From positions 57,536,001-57,600,000 of the forward strand of contig OZ024746.1 of NCBI GenBank assembly GCA_964016885.1: DNA of 64,000 bases, read 5' to 3'. Both the position numbers and the translations under genes were made by a program. This document shows, piece by piece, positions 56,026 to 64,000 of this stretch. Position 1 is the stretch's first letter; every line of letters begins with the position of its first letter. Source of the DNA: Eledone cirrhosa (taxonomy: Eukaryota). The notes beneath the pieces are model-generated. The model did no database searches, was not told where the DNA came from, and worked only from the letters and a program-made list of their open reading frames with translations.

Positions 56026-56074
56026 ATATATATATATGGATATATATATATGTGAGTGTATGAATATATACATG

Positions 56075-56107
<33 letters not shown>

Positions 56108-56113
56108 GTATAC

Positions 56114-56145
<32 letters not shown>

Positions 56146-56429
56146 GCATGCACACAAACATAGTTACAGACTCACTACCAGCAGGAAGGTAGACAGGCTG
56201 ACTGGCACGGAGCCATTGGCAAATACATTTCAATATGAACTACACGAAACCGCAAACATTTGGGCGAGGTTCAAGTTTACTTTCCCTGTATCAATTTCAT
56301 GATTACTGTGCGTTGTCAGATTGAGAGTTAATGGAAACTCTCTTACATCTAGACCAAAGTAGTAAATAATGAAACATATCTAACAGGCTGTTTATTTGTT
56401 GAAGATGCTATCTTTGTTGTTGGTGTTGA

Positions 56430-59400
56430 TGTCGTTGTCTATGTTCCTGGGTGGATTTGTAGCTGATGTTCTTATCGTCCATTTTTTGTGTTGTAATTAT
56501 TATTGTCTGATTTAGAAATATGGTTGTTGTAGTAATTGTTATGAGTAAGGGGCTCGATGTTCTTATTTTCCTTATAGGTTTTGTGGTTGTTGACGTAGCT
56601 GATATGTGTAACATGCTCGATGTGATTGTCTCCTTGACAATTTTGTGGTTGTTGTAGCTGATATGTGTAACGGGCTCGATGTTATCATGTCCTTGACAGG
56701 TGTGTGGTTGTGTCGTAGCTGATATATATAACGCGCTCGATGTGATTGTGTCCTTCACAGTTTTGTGGTAGTATTTGTAACTGATATGTGTAACGGGCTC
56801 GATGTGTTTCTGCCATTGTCAGTTTTGTGGTTATTGGGGCAGATAGATAATATGTGTAACGATATCGATGTGATTGTGCCCTTGACAGTTTTCTGGTTGT
56901 TGCCGTAGCTGATATGTGTAACGGGCTCGGTGTGATTGTGTACTTGACAGTTTTGTGGTTGTCGACGTAGCTGATATATGTAACGGGCTCGATGTGATTT
57001 TGTAGTTGACAGTTTTGTGGTTGTTGTCGTAGCAGATATGTGTAACGGGCTCGATGTTATCGTGTCCTTGACAATTTCGTGGTTGTGTTCGTAGCTGATA
57101 TGTGTAACGGGCTCGATGTGATTGTGTCCTTGACAGTTTTGTAGTTGTTCTCCTAGCAGATATATGTAACGGATTCGTTGTGACTGTGTCCTTGACAGTT
57201 TTGTGGTTGTTGTCGTAGCTGATATGCGTAAAGGGCTCGATGTGATCGTTTCCTTGACAGTTTTGTGGTTGTTTGTGTAGTTGTTATGTGTAACGGGCTC
57301 GATGTTATTGTGTCCTTGTCAATTTTGTGGTTGTTGTCGTAGCTGATATGTGTAACGGGCTCGATATGATTGTGTCCTTGTCAGTTTTGTGGTTGTTCTC
57401 TTAGCTGATATGTGTAACGGGCTCGATGTGATTCTATCCTTGTCGTTTCATGGTTATTCTCATAGCTAATATATCTAACGGGCTCGATGTGATTCTGTCC
57501 TTGTCAGTTTTGTGGTTATTGTTGTAGCTGATATATGTAACGGGCACGACGTGATTGTGTCCTTGTCAGTTTTGTGGTTGTTGGTGTAGTTGCTATGTGT
57601 AACGGCCTCGATATGATTGTGATCTTCACTGATTTGCGGTTGTTTTCCTTAGCTGATATATGTAACGGGCTCGATGTGATTCTGTCCTTGACAGGTGTGT
57701 GGTTGTTGTCGTAGCTGATATGTTTAACGGGCTCGAAGTGATTCTGTCCTTGACAGTTTTGTGGTTGTTGTCGTAGCTGATACGTGTAACGGCCTCGATA
57801 TGATTGTGTCCTTCACAGTTTTTTAGTAGTTTTCGTAGATGATATGTGTAACGGGCTCGAGGTGATTCTGTCCTTGTCAGTTTTGTGTTATTGTTGTATC
57901 TGATATGTGTAACGGGCTCGATGTGTTTGTGTCCTTGTCAGTTTTGTGGTTGTTGTTGTAGCTTGTATGTGTAACGGGCTCGATGTGATTGTGTCCTTGA
58001 CAGTTTTATGGTTGTTGTCGTAACTGATATGTGTAACGGGCTCGATGTTATCATGTCCTTGACAGTTTTGTGGTTGTTGTTGTAGTTGATATATATAACG
58101 GGCTCGATGTGATTGTGTCCTTGACTGTTTTGTGGTAGTATTCGTAAATGATATGTGTAACGGGCTCGATGTGTTTCTGTCCCTGTCAGTTTTGTGGTTA
58201 TTTTTGTAGATAGATAATATGTGTAACGATATCGATGTGATTGTGCCCTTGACAGTTTTGTGGTTGTCGACGTAGCTGATATGTGTAACGGGCTCGATGT
58301 GATTTTGTAGTTGACAGTTTTGTGGTTGTTGTCGTAGATGATATGTTTAACGGGCTCGAGGTGATTCTGTCCTTGTCAGTTTTGTGTTATTGTTGTATCT
58401 GATATGTGTAACGGTCTCGATGTGATTCTGTCCTTGTCAGTTTTGTGTTATTGTTGTAGCTGATATGTGTAACGGGCTCGATGTTATTGTGTCCTTGTCA
58501 GTTTTGTCGTTGTTATTGTAGCTTGTATGTGTAACGGGCTCGATGTGAATTTGTCCTTGACAGTCTTGTGGTTGTTATCATAGCTGATATGTGTAACGGG
58601 CTCGATCTTGTTGTGTCCTTGACAGTTTTGTGGTTGTTGTCGTAGCTGATATGTGTAACGGGCTAGATTTGATTGTGTCCTTGTCAGTTTTGTCTTTGTT
58701 ATCATAGCTGACATGTGTAACGGGCTAGATATGTTTGTGTCACTGACACTTTTGTGGCTGTTGTTGTATCTGATATGTGTAACGGGCTCCATGTGATTAT
58801 GTCCTTGTCAGTGTTGTGGTTGTTGACGTAGCTGACATGTGTAACGGCCTCGATGTGATTGTGTCCTAGACAGTTTTGTGGTTATTGTCGTAGCTGATAT
58901 GTGTAACGGGCTAGATGTGATTGTGTTCTTGACAGTTTTGTGGTTGTTGTCGTAGCTGATATGTGTAACGGGCTCGATGTGATTGTGTCCTTGTCAGTTT
59001 CGTGGTTGTTCTCGTAGCTAATATATCTCACGGGTTCGATGTGATTCTGTCCTTGTCAGTTTTGTGGTTATTGTTGTAGCTGATACATGTAACGGGCTCG
59101 ATGTGATTGTGTGCTTGACAATTTTGTGGTTGTTCTCGTAGTTGATATGTGTAACGGGAACGATGTGATTGTGTCCTTGTCAGTTTTGTGGTTGTTGGTG
59201 TAGTTGCTATGTGTAACGGCCTCGATGTGATTGTGATCTTCATTGTTTTTCGGTTGTTTTCCTTAGCTGATATATGTAACGGGTTCGATGTGATTGTGTC
59301 CTTGACAGTATTGTGGTTGTTGTCGTAACTGATATGTGTAACGGGCTCGATGTTATCATGTCCTTGACAGTTTTGTGGTTATTGTTGTAGCTGATATATA

Positions 59401-62400
59401 TAACGGGCTCGATGTGATTGTGTCCATGACAGTTTTGTGGTTGTCGACGTAGCTTATATGTGTAACGGGCTCGATGTGATTTTGTAGTTGACAGTTCAGT
59501 TTTGTGGTTGTTGTCGTAGCAGATATGTGTAACGGGCTCGATAGTATCGTCTCCTTGACAGTTTTTTGGTTGTTATCGTAGCTGATACGTGTAAAGTGTT
59601 CGATGTTATCGTGTCTTTGACAGTTTTGTGGTTGTTGTCGTAGCTGATATGTGTAACGGGCTCGATGTTATCGTGTCCTTGACAGTTTTGTGGTTATTGT
59701 CGTAGCAGATATGTTTAACGGGCTCGATGTTATCGTGTACTTGATAGTTTTTTGGTTGATGTCGTAACTGATATGTGTAACGGGCTTCGGGTTTCGATTG
59801 TGTCCTGAACAGTTTTGTGGTTGTTTCGTAGCTGATATGTGTAACGAGCTCGATGTGATTGTGTCCTTGACAGTCTCGTGGTTGTTTTCGTAACTGATAT
59901 GTGTAACAGGCTCGATGTGATTGTGTCCTTGACAGTTTTGTAGTTGTTGTCGTAGCTGATATATGTAACGGATTCGCTGTGATTGTGTACTTGACAATTT
60001 TGTGGTTTTTGTCGTAGCTGATATATGTAATGGGCTAGATGTGATTGTCTCCTTGTCAGTTTTGTCTTTGTTATCATAGCTGACATGTGTAACGGGCTAG
60101 ATATGTTTGTGTCACTGACACTTTTGTGGCTGTTGTTGTATCTGATATGTGTAACGGGCTCCATGTGATTATGTCCTTGTCAGTGTTGTGGTTGTTGACG
60201 TAGCTGACATGTGTAACGGGCTCGATGTGATTGTGTCCTAGACAGTTTTGTGGTTATTGTCGTAGCTGATATGTGTAACGGGCTAGATGTGATTGTGTTC
60301 TTGACAGTTTTGTGGGTGTTGTCGTAGCTGATATGTGTAACGGGCTCGATGTGATTGTGTCCTTGTTAGTTTCGTGGTTGTTCTCCTAGCTAATATATCT
60401 CACGGGTTCGACGTGATTCTATCCTTGTCAGTTTTGTGGTTATTGTTGTAGCTGATATATGTAACGGGCTCGATGTGATTGTGTGCTTGACAATTTTGTG
60501 GTTGTTCTCGTAGCTGATATATGTAACGGGCACGATGTGATTGTGTCCTTGTCAGTTTTGTGGTTGTTGGTGTAGTTGCTATGTGTAACGGCCTCGATAT
60601 GATTGTGATCTTCATTGTTTTTCGGTTGTTTTCCTTAGCTGATATATGTAACGGGTTCGATGTGATCGTGTCCTTGACAGTATTGTGGTTGTTGTCGAAA
60701 CTGATATGTGTAACGGGCTCGATGTTATCATGTCCTTGACAGTTTTGTGGTTGTTGTTGTAGCTGATATATATAACGGGCTCGATGTGATTGTGTCCTTG
60801 ACAGTTTTGTGGTTGTCGACGTAGCTTATATGTGTAACGGGCTCGATGTGATTTTGTAGTTGACAGTTCAGTTTTGTGGTTGTTGTCGTAGCAGATATGT
60901 GTAACGGGCTCGATAGTATCGTCTTCTTGACAGTTTTTTGGTTGTTATCGTAGCTGATACGTGTAAAGTGTTCGATGTTATCGTGTCTTTGACAGTTTTG
61001 TGGTTGTTGTCGTAGCTGATATGTGTAACGGACTCGATGTGATTGTGTTCTTCACAGTTTTGTGGTTGTTGTCCTAGCAGATATGTGTAACGGGCTCGAT
61101 GTTATCGTGTCCTTGACTGTTTTGTGGTTGTTGTCGTAGCTGATACGTGTAATGGGCTCGATGTTATCGTGTCTTTGACAGTTTTGTGGTTGTAGTCGTA
61201 GCTGATATGTGTAACGGACTCGATGTGATTGTGTCCTTGACAGTTTTGTGGTTGTTGTTGTAGCAGATATGTGTAACGGGCTCGATGTTATCGTGTCCTT
61301 GACTGTTTTGTGGTTATTGTCGTAGCAGATATGTTTAACGGGCTCGATGTTATCGTGTACTTGATAGTTTTTTGGTTGATGTCGTAACTGATATGTGTAA
61401 CGGGCTTCGGGTTTCGATTGTGTCCTGAACAGTTTAGTGGTTGTTTCGTAGCAGATATGTGTAACGAGCTCGATGTGATTGTGTCCTTGACAGTCTCGTG
61501 GTTGTTTTCGGAGCTGATATGTGTAACGGGCTCGATGTGATTGTGTCCTTGACAGTTTTGTAGTTGTTGTCGTAGCTGATATATGTAACGGATTCGCTGT
61601 GATTGTGTACTTGACAATTTTGTGGTTGTTGTCGTAGCTGATATATGTAATGGGCTAGATGTGATTGTGTCCTTAACAGTTTTGTGGTTGTTGTCGTCGC
61701 TGATATGTGTAACGGGCTCGATGTGATCGTGTCCTTGACAGTTGTGTGGTTGTTGCCGTAGCTGATATGTGTAAAGGGCTTGATGTGATCGTTTCCTTGA
61801 CAGTTTTGTGATTGTTGGTGTAGTTGTTATATGTAACGCGCTGGATGTTATTGTGTCCTTGTCAGTTTTGTGGTTCTGGTTGTCGTTGTTATGTGTGACG
61901 GGTTCGATGTGATTGTGTCCTTGTCAGTTTTGTGGTTGTTGGTGTAGTGGATATGCGTAACAGACTCAATGTGATTGTTTCCTTGTCATTTTTGTGGTTG
62001 TTGTCGTAGTTGATATGTGTAACGGGCTCGATCTGATTCTGTCCTTGACAGTTTTATGGTTGTTGCCGTAGTGGATATGCGTAACAGGCTCAATGTGATT
62101 GTGTCCTTGTCATTTTTGTGGTTGTTGTCGTAGCTGATATGTGTAACGGGCTCGATGTGCTTGTGTCATTGAGAGTTTTGTGGTTGTTGGTGGAGTTGTT
62201 ATGTGTAACGGGCTCGATAGGATTGTGTCCTTGATGGTTTTGTGGTTGCTGTTGTAGTTGTTATGTTTGACGGCCTCGATTTGTTTGTGTCCTTGACAGT
62301 TTTGTGGTTGTTTTCGTAGCTGATATGTGTAACGGGCTCGATGTGATTGTGTCCTTGACAGTTTTGTGATTGTTTTCGTAGATGATATGTGTAACGAACT

Positions 62401-64000
62401 CGATCTAATTCTGCCCTTGTCAGCTTTCTGTTATTGTTGTAAATGATATGTGTAATGGGCTCGATGTGAGTGTGTCCTTGTCAGTTGTGTGGTTGTTGTC
62501 GTAGCTGATATGCGTAACGGGCTCGATGTGATTGTGTCCTTGTCAGTTTTGTGGTTGTTGTCGTAGCTGATATGTGTAACCAGCTCGATGTGATTGTGTC
62601 CTTGACAGTTTTGTGGTTGTTGCCGTAGATGATATGTGTAACGGACCCTATGTGATTGTGTCCTTGTCAGTTTTATGGTTATTGTCGTAGCTGATGTGTA
62701 ACCGGCTCGATGAGATTGTGTCCTTGTCAGTTTTGTCTTTGTTATCGTAGCTGATATGTATAACAGGCTCGATGTGATTGTGTCCTTGTCAGTTTTGTGG
62801 TTGTTGTCGTATCTGATATGTGTAACGTGTCGATGTGATTCTGTCCTTGACAGTTTTGTGGTTGTTATCGTAGCTGATATGTGTAACGGGCTCGATGTGC
62901 TTGTGTCCTTGTCAGTTTTGTGGTTATTGTCGTAGCTGATATGTGTAACAGGCTCGATGTATTGTGTCCTTGTCAATTTTGTGGTTGTTGTCGTATCTGA
63001 TATGTGTAACGTGTCGATGTGATTCTGTCCTTGACAGTTTTGTGGTTGTTATCGTAGCTGATATGTGTAACGGGCTCGATGTGCTTGTGTCCTTGTCAGT
63101 TTTGTGGTTGTTCTCTTAGCTGATGTGTGAAAAGGGCTCGATGTGATTGTGTCCTTGTCAGTTTCGTGGTTGTTCTCGTAGCTGATATGTGTAGCGGGCT
63201 CGATATGATTGTGTCATTCACAGTTTTTTAGTTGTTTTCGTAGATGATATGTGTAACGGGCTCGAGGTGATTCTGTCCTTGTCAGTTTTGTGTTATTGTT
63301 GTATCTGATATGTGTAACGGGCTCGATGTGATTGTGTCCTTGTCAGTTTTGTGGTTGTTGTTGTAGCTTGTATGTGTAACGGGCTCGATGTGATTGTGTC
63401 CTTGACAGTTTTGTTGTTGTTGTCGTAGCTGTCATGTGTAACGGGCTCGATGTGATTGTGTCCTTGACAGTTTTGTGGTTGTTGTCGTAACTGATATGTG
63501 TAACGGGCTCGATGTTATCATGTCCTTGACAGTTTTGTGGTTGTTGTTGTAGCTGATATATATAACCGGCTCGATGTTATTGTGTCCTTGACAGTTTTGT
63601 GGTAGTATTCGTAACTGATATGTGTAACGGGATCGATGTGTTTCTGTCCCTGTCAGTTTTGTGGTTATTTTTGTATATAGATAATATGTGTAACGATATC
63701 GATGTGATTGTGCCCTTTACAGTTTTGTGGTTGTCGACGTAGCTGATATGTGTAACGCGCTCGGTGTGATTTTGTAGTTGACAGTTTTGTGGTTGTTGTC
63801 GTAGATGATATGTGTAACGGGCTCGAGGTGATTCTGTCCTTGTCAGTTTTGTGTTATTGTTGTATCTGATATGTGTAACGGTCTCGATGTGATTCTGTCC
63901 TTGTCAGTTTTGTGTTATTGTTGTAGCTGATATGTGTAACGAGCTCGATGTTATTGTGTCCTTGTCAGTTTTGTCGTTGTTATTGTAGCTTGTATGTGTA
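56430..64000. repeat. 62-bp satellite array (~120 units, runs off the window) with ~1.37-kb higher-order repeat
   Basis: Consensus GTGTCCTTGACAGTTTTGTGGTTGTTGTCGTAGCTGATATGTGTAACGGGCTCGATGTGATT. Near-identical variant blocks recur 1372 bp apart (58792/60164, 59243/60615). Confidence 0.97.

Noticed and set aside
56408-62976. Thr/Ile-rich ORFs resembling mucin-like proteins
   Set aside because: The 62-bp unit is not a multiple of 3. ORFs cycle frames and are satellite read-through.
56430-64000. CRISPR-like array
   Set aside because: Contiguous degenerate tandem units with no unique spacers, no cas genes, eukaryotic context.

Overview
Animal non-coding DNA, probably from a cephalopod. That assignment is my inference from the extreme (TA)n/(CA)n/(GA)n load and the SINE types. 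I found no supportable host gene, and almost all ORFs in the track are microsatellite or satellite read-throughs. The recognisable content is mobile DNA. (1) At least five decayed Penelope-like element (PLE) fragments with RT and/or C-terminal GIY-YIG, mostly bounded by (TA)n. (2) Tx1/L1-type and RTE-type LINE fragments, tRNA-derived SINEs and a hAT-type MITE. (3) A 62-bp satellite with a ~1.37-kb higher-order repeat filling the last 7.5 kb. The main hidden signal is a dense set of type I hammerhead ribozymes (HHRs) from several families: 7 with intact CUGANGA/GAAA cores plus several decayed ones, nearly all with self-complementary stem III. Two related non-coding loci (38220-39404, 467-bp period; 43736-44737, ~417-bp period) are HHR-bearing tandem units with an inverted partial copy inside (TA)n. 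They are candidate retrozymes (circular-RNA-producing non-autonomous elements) probably mobilised by the local PLEs. A third non-coding 555-bp tandem unit, a recurrent ~190-bp fold-back mini-element and a perfect 182-bp palindrome also merit follow-up.
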